DNA of 32,000 nt, taken from Candidatus Saganbacteria bacterium (GTDB lineage Bacteria; Margulisbacteria; WOR-1; JAKLHX01). The notes beneath the pieces are model-generated. The model did no database searches, was not told the origin of the DNA, and saw only the letters and a program-made list of their open reading frames with translations. The position numbers were made by a program, and so were the translations under genes. Where the stretch lies: NCBI GenBank assembly GCA_026387835.1, contig JAPLKZ010000005.1, positions 1 to 32,000 on the forward strand. Reading direction: 5' to 3'. Shown here piece after piece: positions 6,794 to 15,428 of this stretch (position 1 is its first letter; every line of letters starts with the position of its first letter).

Positions 6794-8002
6794 ATGCATG
6801 TGAGAAAATATCTCATAAAAACCTACGGTTGCCAGATGAATGAAAATGATTCCGAGATCATTGCGGGCATCCTCGAAAAGAACGGTCTTGTTAAGGCTTC
6901 AGATATTAAAGAGGCTGACATCGTGATCGCCAACACGTGCTCGGTCCGCGACGCGGCAGAGAGAAAAGCAGCCGGATTCATAAATACACTTATCAAGCTC
7001 AAAAAAGAAAAACCCGGCCTGCTTGTCGGGGTCGTGGGCTGCATGGCAGAGAGGCTGGGGGAGGAGCTGGTCAAAAAGTTCAAATTCGTTGATTTTGTTA
7101 TGGGGACAAGCGACTTCCGCAACTTCAAAGACACTTCCATAATCAAACGCGAGCCATCCGTAAATGCCTGGATCACGATAATGGAAGGCTGCGATAATTT
7201 CTGCTCGTTCTGTATCGTTCCTTACGTGAGAGGCAGGGAAAAGAGCAAACCCGTTGCGGATATATTGAAAGAGATCGATGAACTCGATAAAAATGTTTTT
7301 AAAGAAATAACACTTCTAGGCCAGAACGTGAACTCATACTCTTACGGTTTTCCGCATCTTCTGGACGCGGTCTCGAAGATCAATGGCATCAAAAGGATAA
7401 GGTTCATGACCTCCCATCCAAAGAATATGTCGGATGAGATAATCGAAGCGGTAAAAAATACCCCCAAAGTCTGCGAGAACTTCCATCTCCCGCTCCAGAG
7501 CGGGGACGATGAAATATTAAAAAGGATGAACAGGGGATATGACAGCGATTATTTCAGGAGGCTTGTCGAAAAAATAAGAAAAAAGATCACGGCATCAGCA
7601 ATTACTTCTGATGCGATAGCCGGTTTTCCGGGTGAGACGGATGAACAGTTCGAAAACACACTGCACTTGATATCGGAGCTGGAACTGGACGCGGTCAACA
7701 CGCTTGCTTATGATGTAAGGCCCGGCACAGCCGCGGAAAAGATGGAAGGAAGAGTGCCTCAGAAGATCGTCGATGAAAGGCTTCAGCAGCTTATAAAAGT
7801 TGTGGAAGAGACTTCATTCAAAAAGAACCAGTCTCTTGCCGGGTCAGTACAGGAGATCCTCGTAGAAAAAAAAGGCAAAGGCAGGACCAGGAGCCACAAA
7901 ATGGTAAAATATCCAAGTGAAGCGGATGAGACCGGAAAACTCATAAAAGTCAGAATAAAATCGGCAAAGTCGTGGGTGTTGCTAGGAGAGGTTGTAAGTT
8001 GA
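6794..8002 (+). CDS. miaB: tRNA-i6A37 methylthiotransferase MiaB (radical SAM)
   Basis: The N-terminal IKTYGCQMNENDSE is present, as is the radical-SAM CxxxCxxC motif in MEGCDNFCSFCIVPYVRG. A C-terminal TRAM-like domain follows. Confidence 0.9.
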   Translation: MHVRKYLIKTYGCQMNENDSEIIAGILEKNGLVKASDIKEADIVIANTCSVRDAAERKAAGFINTLIKLKKEKPGLLVGVVGCMAERLGEELVKKFKFVDFVMGTSDFRNFKDTSIIKREPSVNAWITIMEGCDNFCSFCIVPYVRGREKSKPVADILKEIDELDKNVFKEITLLGQNVNSYSYGFPHLLDAVSKINGIKRIRFMTSHPKNMSDEIIEAVKNTPKVCENFHLPLQSGDDEILKRMNRGYDSDYFRRLVEKIRKKITASAITSDAIAGFPGETDEQFENTLHLISELELDAVNTLAYDVRPGTAAEKMEGRVPQKIVDERLQQLIKVVEETSFKKNQSLAGSVQEILVEKKGKGRTRSHKMVKYPSEADETGKLIKVRIKSAKSWVLLGEVVS

Positions 8003-8029
8003 TATAATGAAACAAGCAAGGAGAAAATA

Positions 8030-8983
8030 ATGACAAGCGAAAAAAACGATTCCCTGATGATATTTTCGGGCACGACGGCGCCGGTATTCGCGTCGGATGT
8101 GGCAAATTATATCGGGCTTAAGCTCGGAGGGATACAAATATCAAAGTTCCCGTCGGGCGAAATATACGCGCGCATCAAAGATAATGTGAGGGGGAAATCC
8201 GTTTTCGTGGTGCAGACGGGGACGCAGAACGTGAACGAAGATATCATGGAGCTTCTGATAATAATAGATGCTATGAAAAGAGCTTCCTGCAGGAGCATAA
8301 CAACTGTCATCCCGCACCTTCCGTACGCAAGACAGGACAGAAAGGCGGCGTCCCGCGAGCCGATCTCCGCAAAGCTGATCGCAGACCTTTTAACAGCAGT
8401 CGGAGTGCACAGGGTTATAACGATCGATATGCATTCAGACCAGATACAGGGGTTCTTTAACTGCCCGGTGGACACACTTACGGCCCTGCCTCTGTTCGCG
8501 GCCTATATAAAGGGCAAGAACATCAAGGATCCCGTCATAGTGGCCCCTGATACCGGCAGGGCTAAGACCTCGAAAAAACTGGCTGACAGGCTGGGTTGCC
8601 CGCTTGCGATAATTCACAAACAGCGGCCGGAGCACAGCACGTCAGAGGTGACCCATGTGGTCGGCGATGTGAAAGGCAAGACAGCTATCATAGTGGACGA
8701 CATGATAGATACCGCGGGCACCGCCACGAACGGCGTAAAAGCGCTTATCGATATGGGAGCTGAAAAGGATGTGTATCTGATGGCGACGCATGCGATCCTG
8801 TCAGGCCCGGCAGTGGAGCGGATAACAAAGGCGGGGATAAAGGAATGCATCGTCACCGATTCCGTTCCCGTACCTAAGGAAAGACAGTTCCCTTCGTTAA
8901 AAATAATATCGGTAGCCCCGCTGTTCGGCGAGGCGATAATGAGAGCGCATGAGAATTTGTCGATAAGTTCGTTATTTGATTAA
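8030..8983 (+). CDS. prs: Ribose-phosphate pyrophosphokinase
   Basis: The sequence is Prs-like over its full length: IFSGTTAP...SKFPSGEIYARI...VVQ, then HLPYARQDRK, DMHSDQIQGFF and the PRPP-binding loop IIVDDMIDTAGT. Confidence 0.92.
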   Translation: MTSEKNDSLMIFSGTTAPVFASDVANYIGLKLGGIQISKFPSGEIYARIKDNVRGKSVFVVQTGTQNVNEDIMELLIIIDAMKRASCRSITTVIPHLPYARQDRKAASREPISAKLIADLLTAVGVHRVITIDMHSDQIQGFFNCPVDTLTALPLFAAYIKGKNIKDPVIVAPDTGRAKTSKKLADRLGCPLAIIHKQRPEHSTSEVTHVVGDVKGKTAIIVDDMIDTAGTATNGVKALIDMGAEKDVYLMATHAILSGPAVERITKAGIKECIVTDSVPVPKERQFPSLKIISVAPLFGEAIMRAHENLSISSLFD

Positions 8984-8994
8984 CCCCCTCTGTA

Positions 8995-9016
8995 TCTCCC
9001 CCTTTTCAGGGGGAGA
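8995..9016. other. GC-rich hairpin (tctccccc-ttttca-gggggaga) downstream of prs
   Basis: It has a perfect 8 bp stem with a 6 nt loop. No T-run follows on either strand, so it is not a clear intrinsic terminator. It resembles the GC-rich hairpins at 31648-31697. Confidence 0.35.
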
Positions 9017-9042
9017 GGGGAAGGAATTTAGGAAAAGAGGAA

Positions 9043-10317
9043 ATGCAAAAAGAAATTAAAATAGGATTGATCGGGTTCGGTACCGTCGGGAGCGGTGTGG
9101 CCGCGCTTTTACAAAAGAACGCGCTCTACATCGAAAAAATGACGGGCGTGAGCATAAGGATCGATCGGATAGCGGACACAGATATTTTAAGGAAAAGACC
9201 TGTAGACATCGATATGCGTATTATGACGCAGGACGCTTACGATATCATAAAAGATAAAAAGATAGACATTGCAGTGGAAGCGGTAGGCGGCACTGACCCC
9301 GCGCTGAGATTTGTCATCGACGCGATAAACGAAGGAAAACATATAGTCACTTCAAATAAAGAACTGATGGCGAAACACGGCCCCGCAATACTTGAAGCTG
9401 CCGATAATAAAGGGGTCCGCGTACTTTTCGAAGGTTCCGTGGGAGGCGGGATACCGATAATAGCAGGCCTCAGGCGGCTTTTGTCGGCCAACAGGATAGA
9501 GGAAGTGTACGGGATAGTGAACGGCACTACAAATTATATTCTTTCGGACATGGCCGCGTCAGGCAGGGACTTTTCGGCCTCTCTTGAAGCGGCAAAAAGA
9601 CTGGGATACGCGGAATCGGACCCCAAGAACGATATAGAGGGATTTGACGCGTCTTTCAAGGCCGCCATCCTTGCTTCTGTCGCTTTCGGGCAAAAGGTCA
9701 ATTGGGAAAAAATATATTTTGAAGGAATAGACGGCGTTACCGTGGAAGATGTCCAGTATGCGGAGGAAATGGGATACAGCATCAAACTTCTTGCAGTAGC
9801 AAAAAGAAAGAACGGCGGATGCGAGATCCGCGTGAATCCGGTCCTCATCGATAAAGACCATCCCCTTGCCGGGGTCTCAGGGGCTTACAACGCGATATAC
9901 GTAAAAGGCGACAGTGTCGGCGAGCAGATGTTCTACGGCGAGGGCGCGGGCGGCGGGCCCACGGCTTCCGCTGTCGTTTCGGACGTGATAGAGATAGCCT
10001 TAAATCCGGATAAGGGGAATATAAAGCTTGAAGGCGAGGCAAAGATCGCGAACATAGATGACTGCGAAAGCAGGTTCTATGTAAGGCTGAGGGCCAAAGA
10101 CGCTCCGGGAGTTCTCGCGGCAATAGCGGGCGCTTTCGGGGACAAAAAGGTAAGCATTCAGAGCGCGCTCCAGAAGGGCACTATTGATAATATCGCCACA
10201 ATTGTTATAATTACTCATAAGGTCAAGGAAAGAAATTTCCGTGAAGCGGCAGAGACGATCTCGAGACTGCCTCAGATAGACACGATAGGCAGCATAATCC
10301 GGGCGGGAATGGAGTAA
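9043..10317 (+). CDS. hom: Homoserine dehydrogenase with C-terminal ACT domain
   Basis: The NAD-binding motif IGLIGFGTVGSG is present. The catalytic region reads ...GIVNGTTNYIL...LGYAESDP..DIEG.DA..K. The ACT-like tail begins FYVRLRAKDAPGVLA. Confidence 0.9.
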   Translation: MQKEIKIGLIGFGTVGSGVAALLQKNALYIEKMTGVSIRIDRIADTDILRKRPVDIDMRIMTQDAYDIIKDKKIDIAVEAVGGTDPALRFVIDAINEGKHIVTSNKELMAKHGPAILEAADNKGVRVLFEGSVGGGIPIIAGLRRLLSANRIEEVYGIVNGTTNYILSDMAASGRDFSASLEAAKRLGYAESDPKNDIEGFDASFKAAILASVAFGQKVNWEKIYFEGIDGVTVEDVQYAEEMGYSIKLLAVAKRKNGGCEIRVNPVLIDKDHPLAGVSGAYNAIYVKGDSVGEQMFYGEGAGGGPTASAVVSDVIEIALNPDKGNIKLEGEAKIANIDDCESRFYVRLRAKDAPGVLAAIAGAFGDKKVSIQSALQKGTIDNIATIVIITHKVKERNFREAAETISRLPQIDTIGSIIRAGME

Positions 10318-10320
10318 TAA

Positions 10321-11238
10321 ATGCTACTTGGAATATTGTCACCTTTTATGAAGAAGATAGTGGATGAAGAAGCTTCGTTCCCGTCGCCGTCGGCAAAAAC
10401 AAAGATCAACAAAGCGATAGGAAGGTACAAGCTTCTTTCAATAGGCCAGAAATGGAAAGAGCACATGGAGGACATAAAGTTCGCGCTGGCCGACCTCCTG
10501 CTGGCAAGGGGCGAGGAAAAGGACTATAAAGAAGCCCTCGAAAGTTATAACCTGATAATCGCAAAGACCCGCAGCGCCGCCCTCAAAGGCAGGTCGCTGA
10601 TCGGGAAAGCGGAGCTTGCCATCATGGGGATCGCCAATATGAGCGCCGATGAGGCCATAAAGCTCTGCAAAGAAGGGTGCAAACTTCTGAAAGGCGACCT
10701 AAGGGACTTTTTTGTCGCGAAAGGCACGGCCGTCGAAGCCGAACTGCTCGTAAAAAAATCTGGCCAGAAGAACATAAAGACTGCGGCAAAGCTTTTTGAC
10801 CGGCTGATAGGCAGGAAGAACGCCAACCCTTATTTCCGCGGCAGGGCGCTTGTCGGCAAAGCCGAGCTGATACTTTACTTCGGGCTGGACACGCTTTCAA
10901 AGGGAGTGTCGCTTTGCGAGGAAGCCCTCAGGATATTCATTGACAGGCCTCTCGACTATTTCGCGATAAAGGGAAAGCTCATCGAAGCGGAAATGCTGGC
11001 AAGAAGAGGCGGCCCGTCAGACCTGCAGAAAGCAGAGAATGTCTGCGAAAAAGTGATCACCAGCTCATCGGCCCACAAAGACCTTCAGTCAAGGGCAAAA
11101 CTTGTCCTGGCTGAGATCTCCAAGAAAGAAAAAGCAAAACAGCTGTTCGAGGAAGTGCTCCACCAGGAAGACATCGATCCATACCTTATAGAGAAAGCTA
11201 AATTGGTCAAGGAAAGGTTCAGGAATAAAGCGAACTGA
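10321..11238 (+). CDS. Hypothetical alpha-helical repeat protein (TPR-like internal repeats)
   Basis: A pattern recurs four times: KGRSLIGKAELAI / RGRALVGKAELIL / KGTAVEAELLVKKSG / KGKLIEAEMLARRGG. I recognise no catalytic motif. The start codon directly abuts the hom stop. Confidence 0.5.
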   Translation: MLLGILSPFMKKIVDEEASFPSPSAKTKINKAIGRYKLLSIGQKWKEHMEDIKFALADLLLARGEEKDYKEALESYNLIIAKTRSAALKGRSLIGKAELAIMGIANMSADEAIKLCKEGCKLLKGDLRDFFVAKGTAVEAELLVKKSGQKNIKTAAKLFDRLIGRKNANPYFRGRALVGKAELILYFGLDTLSKGVSLCEEALRIFIDRPLDYFAIKGKLIEAEMLARRGGPSDLQKAENVCEKVITSSSAHKDLQSRAKLVLAEISKKEKAKQLFEEVLHQEDIDPYLIEKAKLVKERFRNKAN

Positions 11239-11251
11239 TCAGGTCGGCCCC

Positions 11252-12043
11252 TTAAAAAAATGAAAGCGCTTTCTTTATTTCGGGAAGCGCTTTTTTTGCG
11301 GCTTCTTCCCCTAATTGCACGAGACGCTCGGCTTTGTCCAGTTCAAGCGAGGATATCCTCTCATGTACCGGCGTGATAAGCACATCGCAGCCTTTCTTTT
11401 TGTCCCGGTCCTGGTTGAGTATAAAAAGGTCAAGGGCCCTGTCAAATATCTCAAGGATGTTCTTGAAATCATCCGCTTCTTCGAGCCTGGGGATGACATC
11501 GACGCCGATGACTATGTCGGCTCCCATCTTTCTGACGATGTCTGACGGAAGGTTGTTTTTTAAGACCCCGTCGACAAGAAGATGTTTTTCATACTTAAAA
11601 GGAATGTACATCCACGGAAAAGAGCAGGACGCGCGTACCGCTTTGCATACTTCGCCTTTATCAAGAACGACCTCTTCACCGGTCTTTATGTCGATGGTAA
11701 CGGCCGAAAAAGGCTTTTCCATGTCAGCAAAGGTTTTTTTGCCTATCTGGCTGATCACAAAGTTCTCGATCTCCTCGCTTGAGACCAGTCCCGATTTTGA
11801 AAGGACGATCCTGAAGAAGTTCTTCCATTTGACCTTCGTCGCGATCTCCATCATCGTGGTAATGTTCACGCCGCCGGCAAACAACGATCCGATAAGCGCT
11901 CCCGCGCTGGTCCCCGCGATCATGTCAACAGGGATCCTGTGATCGTGGAAGACCTTTAATACGCCGATGTGGGCGAGGCCTCTTGCACCTCCGCCGGAAA
12001 GCGCAAGGCCTACTTTTTTCTTCCTGAAAGGATTAAAGAGCAT
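11252..12043 (-). CDS. Patatin-like phospholipase (RssA-type)
   Basis: The oxyanion motif GLALSGGGARG is present. The nucleophile elbow is GTSAGA (GxSxG). A DG(V) dyad region is present (LVDGVL). Confidence 0.85.
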   Translation of the reverse strand: MLFNPFRKKKVGLALSGGGARGLAHIGVLKVFHDHRIPVDMIAGTSAGALIGSLFAGGVNITTMMEIATKVKWKNFFRIVLSKSGLVSSEEIENFVISQIGKKTFADMEKPFSAVTIDIKTGEEVVLDKGEVCKAVRASCSFPWMYIPFKYEKHLLVDGVLKNNLPSDIVRKMGADIVIGVDVIPRLEEADDFKNILEIFDRALDLFILNQDRDKKKGCDVLITPVHERISSLELDKAERLVQLGEEAAKKALPEIKKALSFF

Positions 12044-12073
12044 GATTATTTTCTATCTTAACATATTTCATCT

Positions 12074-12901
12074 TCAGATCTCCTCGATTATCCTTATTAC
12101 GATGTTCGGGTCAACAAAATTCGCGGTGCCTACGGCGATCGCGTCTGCTCCCGCGGCAAAAAACTCTCTCGCATCGGACGCGTTCATTATCCCGCCCATT
12201 CCAATGATCGGGACTTTAACCGCCTTTCTTACCTGCCTGATGAGTGACAGCGCGGTCTGTTTTATGGCAGGTCCGGAAAGGCCCGCAGTGAGTTTTTTCT
12301 TAGAATTAAGGACATCGACGGTGGTTTGAACGGTATTTATCATCGAGATAATATCGGCTCCCGCTCCGGCCGCGGCTTTCGCGATCACGGTAATATCTTT
12401 TACATTAGGCGTCAGTTTTGCTATCAAAGGAAGGCCGGTCGCCCTTCTGACGCTTGAGACCACTTCTCTTGTGAGAACCGGGTCCTGTCCGAATACCATG
12501 CATCCTTTATCGACGTTCGGGCAGGAGATGTTTATCTCTATCGCATCGATCCCTTTTTCCTTGTCCAGGACCTTCGCGATATCGGCATATTCTTCCACGG
12601 TCTCCCCCGCGATATTGACGATAACCGCGGTCTTGATCTTCCTTAGTTTAGGAAGGCAGTTCTTTATGAAATATTTGACCCCGTCATTTTGAAGCCCTAT
12701 CGAATTAACGAGGCCGTTATCGACTTCCACAAGACGCGGCTGGGGATTACCGCTCCTCGCCTTTAAAGTTACGGTCTTCGTGACGATAGCTCCGAGCTTT
12801 TCGATATCGACGAGGTCCGCAAACTCGAGACCAAATCCGAAAGTACCGGACGCGACCATGACCGGATTCTTTAATTTTAAACCGCCAAGGACTACTGCCA
12901 T
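12074..12901 (-). CDS. pyrD: Dihydroorotate dehydrogenase, class 1B catalytic subunit
   Basis: Conserved stretches include LKLKNPVMVASGTFGFG, NSIGLQN.G, EINISCPN and GGI...DA.EF..AGA. It overlaps pyrK by 10 nt. Confidence 0.9.
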   Translation of the reverse strand: MAVVLGGLKLKNPVMVASGTFGFGLEFADLVDIEKLGAIVTKTVTLKARSGNPQPRLVEVDNGLVNSIGLQNDGVKYFIKNCLPKLRKIKTAVIVNIAGETVEEYADIAKVLDKEKGIDAIEINISCPNVDKGCMVFGQDPVLTREVVSSVRRATGLPLIAKLTPNVKDITVIAKAAAGAGADIISMINTVQTTVDVLNSKKKLTAGLSGPAIKQTALSLIRQVRKAVKVPIIGMGGIMNASDAREFFAAGADAIAVGTANFVDPNIVIRIIEEI

Positions 12902-13665
12902 ATTATTTCCTTTGGATCGAACACCGGGCCGTCCTTACAGACCCTTTTACTGCCGTCTTTTGTGCTGATCACACAGCCGAGGCACGCGCCGATGCCGCAC
13001 GCCATCCGCTCTTCCATCGATACCTGGCAGGAGATGCCGTGCTTTGCGGCAAGATCGCTCACGGCTTTTAGCATCGCTTTCGGGCCGCAGGCATATATCG
13101 CGGACTTTTTTGGGTCAAGGGATGAAAGATATGAAGAATACAGCGCCGCGACGTCGCATTTTGCGCCGCACGAGCCGTCATCGGTCGAAATATAGAGTTT
13201 TGTGCCTTTTTTTGCAAAGTCGTTCCTGCAGACAAGAAGTTCTTCGGTCGTCGCCCCCATGAAGAGATGCGACCCGATCTTCTTCTTTTTCAGTTCTTCT
13301 TCAAGGCCGTAGAGCGGGGCGGTCCCGCATCCGCCGGCTATCAGGATGGCGGTCTTTCCTTTGATTATCCTGAACCCGTTGCCGAGCGGGCCGATAACGT
13401 TCAATGTTTCCCCTTTTTTCCTTTTGGACAGGATTTCCGTCCCTTTTCCGACAACATGATAGAGAAGCGAGAACGAGTCTTTTCCGATAATATGGAAGCT
13501 GAACGGCCTGCGGAGCAGGGGAGTGGACGAGTTCAAAACTCTTACCTGGACGAACTGTCCGGGGCGTGCTTTAGTTGTTATTTTCCTGGACGAAAGAGCG
13601 ATCTTAAAATAACCGGGGGCGGTATTTATATTCTCAAGTATCCTGCAGTCTTCCTGAAATAGCAT
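12892..13665 (-). CDS. pyrK: Dihydroorotate dehydrogenase electron-transfer subunit (FAD/2Fe-2S)
   Basis: The FAD-binding RPFS motif is present. An NAD-type GGCG(T)AP loop is present. The C-terminal Cys cluster reads MACGIGACLGC. Confidence 0.88.
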   Translation of the reverse strand: MLFQEDCRILENINTAPGYFKIALSSRKITTKARPGQFVQVRVLNSSTPLLRRPFSFHIIGKDSFSLLYHVVGKGTEILSKRKKGETLNVIGPLGNGFRIIKGKTAILIAGGCGTAPLYGLEEELKKKKIGSHLFMGATTEELLVCRNDFAKKGTKLYISTDDGSCGAKCDVAALYSSYLSSLDPKKSAIYACGPKAMLKAVSDLAAKHGISCQVSMEERMACGIGACLGCVISTKDGSKRVCKDGPVFDPKEIIWQ

Positions 13666-13717
13666 TTGACTTAATTTTAGCAGAGTGGGCCCGCGCGTTC
13701 AAACAGAGTCCGGGGCC

Positions 13718-15412
13718 CTATATATGCCCCAGATAGTTCAATATCTGTCTGAAAGGTTCGGGGGTTATCCTCACATCTCCAGTGAACGGGAAATCGAGGG
13801 CCAATATGGTGAACAATATCAGGGTAATAAGGACAGCAAGAAGCGAGGTCATAAATATCTGCGGGACCGTGTTCTCGGTACCGAAAAACATGGTGAAACA
13901 GATCGTTATCAGGCCGCCGCTTATCAGGACGAACCAGAGCAGCGGATGGACCCCGTTATTTGATTCGTTGATCCGCATGCGTCTCAGCTCGCCTTTCTCG
14001 TTAAGTTTATGCACGGATTCCTGGAGGAAGATCTTCTCGGTCTCGGTGCGGGGCCGGTACGAAGCGTACAACCTGTATATTCTGGTGGAAAGCTCCTGGA
14101 CATGCAGGCTTCTCTCCCCTTTTGAAAGAAGAGGCCATTCTTCGTTTATAATGCCTTTTGTATAATCATCCAGCGCTGTACAGATCTTTATCCTGAAATC
14201 CGGAGAGAGACCTTCGCTGTCGCGGTAAAGGTCGGCGATAGCGTTGGCCTCTTTTGACACGTTCGTGCTCGCGGTCTCAAAACTCTGCCATGAGATCACA
14301 ACCATAAAAGCCAGAAGGACGGCGTAGATCACGCCCAGCGTCGTGAAAATATAGCCGGCCACGTCATTGTGCTGTTTTAATTTATGGGCAGGCATCAATC
14401 TTCCCGCGATATAAAGCCCGCTGACGGAGATCAATAATGATATGAGCAAAACTTTTTCAAGAAGCCGCAGTATTACGTCAAGGCAGCCGACCGGCTCGCC
14501 GTCCATTTCGATAAAGACCTCTTCTTTTGATGTAATACGGATCTCTTTGCCCCTTTTTATTATAACCTTTTTATTTGAGAGATGATGCCCGCCGTATATG
14601 CTCCCGATGTTTCGCAGGACCTCGATACGGCTCATGCCTTCCACTATCACGATATCGAAACTGCCGTCGTCAATGGCGGCGTTAGGCGCGATCATCATGC
14701 CGCCGCCGAAGAATTTACCGTTCGCGGCCACGCCGGCAAGCACCGGGCCTTCAAAAAAACCATGGCCGTCGACATTGACGGTGATCTTATGATTTTTCAG
14801 GAATATAAGGCTGGATAATATCCCGAGGATGAAAGCGGCTTTTCCCCGGAATACCTTCGGCGACCGGTTCACCCTTTCGGCGACGTCGGAAGAAAAGCCG
14901 ATGCTTGATTCGTTGATGAACCTTCTTGAAGTGAAAGAACCGTTCTTTTTTCTGAAGATCGCCATGCCAGCATCTATTTTCTTTATATCGTTGTTGAGTA
15001 ACCTGTTGACCTGTTCTTCGACCGACAGGTCGTCTATACCGAGAGTGCGGGACAGATCCTCTCCCGTGCCGCTCGGGAAATATCCCAGGCAGGCTTCATG
15101 GTTTATCTTCTTGTCGGAATCGTAAAAGCCGTTAAGGACCTCGTTCAGCGTGCCGTCGCCGCCCACCGCGATGATCGCGTCGTACCCGTCATAGAGCGCT
15201 TTACCCGCGATGTAGGTGGCGTGTATGTTGCCCTTTGTAAATGAAAAATCCAGCTTCCCGAGTTTAAGCTCAAAAGCTTCCTTTACGCGCGGCCAGATCT
15301 TTGCCGTATTTCCGCCGGCGGAATGCGGATTGACGATGAAATAATACCTCGGCACCATATTGATATTATACTTCAAATACCGATCTTTTGATGAAATTCC
15401 GTAAAAAAACAT
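13718..15412 (-). CDS. Fusion protein: YegS/BmrU-type lipid (diacylglycerol) kinase domain + DUF4239-like membrane domain
   Basis: The N-terminal half has YFIVNPHSAGG and IIAVGGDGTLNEV (DAGK_cat). The C-terminal half has TM segments and AGYIFTTLGVIYAVLLAFMVVISWQSFETA...EANAIADLYR, typical of DUF4239, and ends LDFPFTGDVRITPEPF. The true start is probably the Met at 15358 (MVPRYYFIVNP). Confidence 0.75.
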   Translation of the reverse strand: MFFYGISSKDRYLKYNINMVPRYYFIVNPHSAGGNTAKIWPRVKEAFELKLGKLDFSFTKGNIHATYIAGKALYDGYDAIIAVGGDGTLNEVLNGFYDSDKKINHEACLGYFPSGTGEDLSRTLGIDDLSVEEQVNRLLNNDIKKIDAGMAIFRKKNGSFTSRRFINESSIGFSSDVAERVNRSPKVFRGKAAFILGILSSLIFLKNHKITVNVDGHGFFEGPVLAGVAANGKFFGGGMMIAPNAAIDDGSFDIVIVEGMSRIEVLRNIGSIYGGHHLSNKKVIIKRGKEIRITSKEEVFIEMDGEPVGCLDVILRLLEKVLLISLLISVSGLYIAGRLMPAHKLKQHNDVAGYIFTTLGVIYAVLLAFMVVISWQSFETASTNVSKEANAIADLYRDSEGLSPDFRIKICTALDDYTKGIINEEWPLLSKGERSLHVQELSTRIYRLYASYRPRTETEKIFLQESVHKLNEKGELRRMRINESNNGVHPLLWFVLISGGLITICFTMFFGTENTVPQIFMTSLLAVLITLILFTILALDFPFTGDVRITPEPFRQILNYLGHI

Positions 15413-15419
15413 CCGATAT
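15391..15419 (+). promoter_or_regulatory. ECF-sigma-like promoter motif (site G): aTGAAAT-N16-CGATAT
   Basis: gaTGAAATtccgtaaaaaaacatcCGATATataaaagatATG. The -10-like element ends 9 nt before the ATG at 15429, so the transcript would have almost no leader. Confidence 0.45.
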
Positions 15420-15428
15420 ATAAAAGAT

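Noticed and set aside
11252-12043. A patatin-like phospholipase as a possible CBASS/defence effector.
   Set aside because: No cyclase, sensor or other defence partner is adjacent. The neighbours are hom, a helical-repeat protein and pyrD/K. A housekeeping RssA-type lipase is the simpler reading.
13655-13690. The minus strand reads ctAAAATTAAGTCAAATGct, resembling the upstream half of site A (AAAATTAAGTGAAAT).
   Set aside because: The match includes the pyrK ATG itself, and no CGAYAW follows at the right distance, so it cannot act as the same promoter type.
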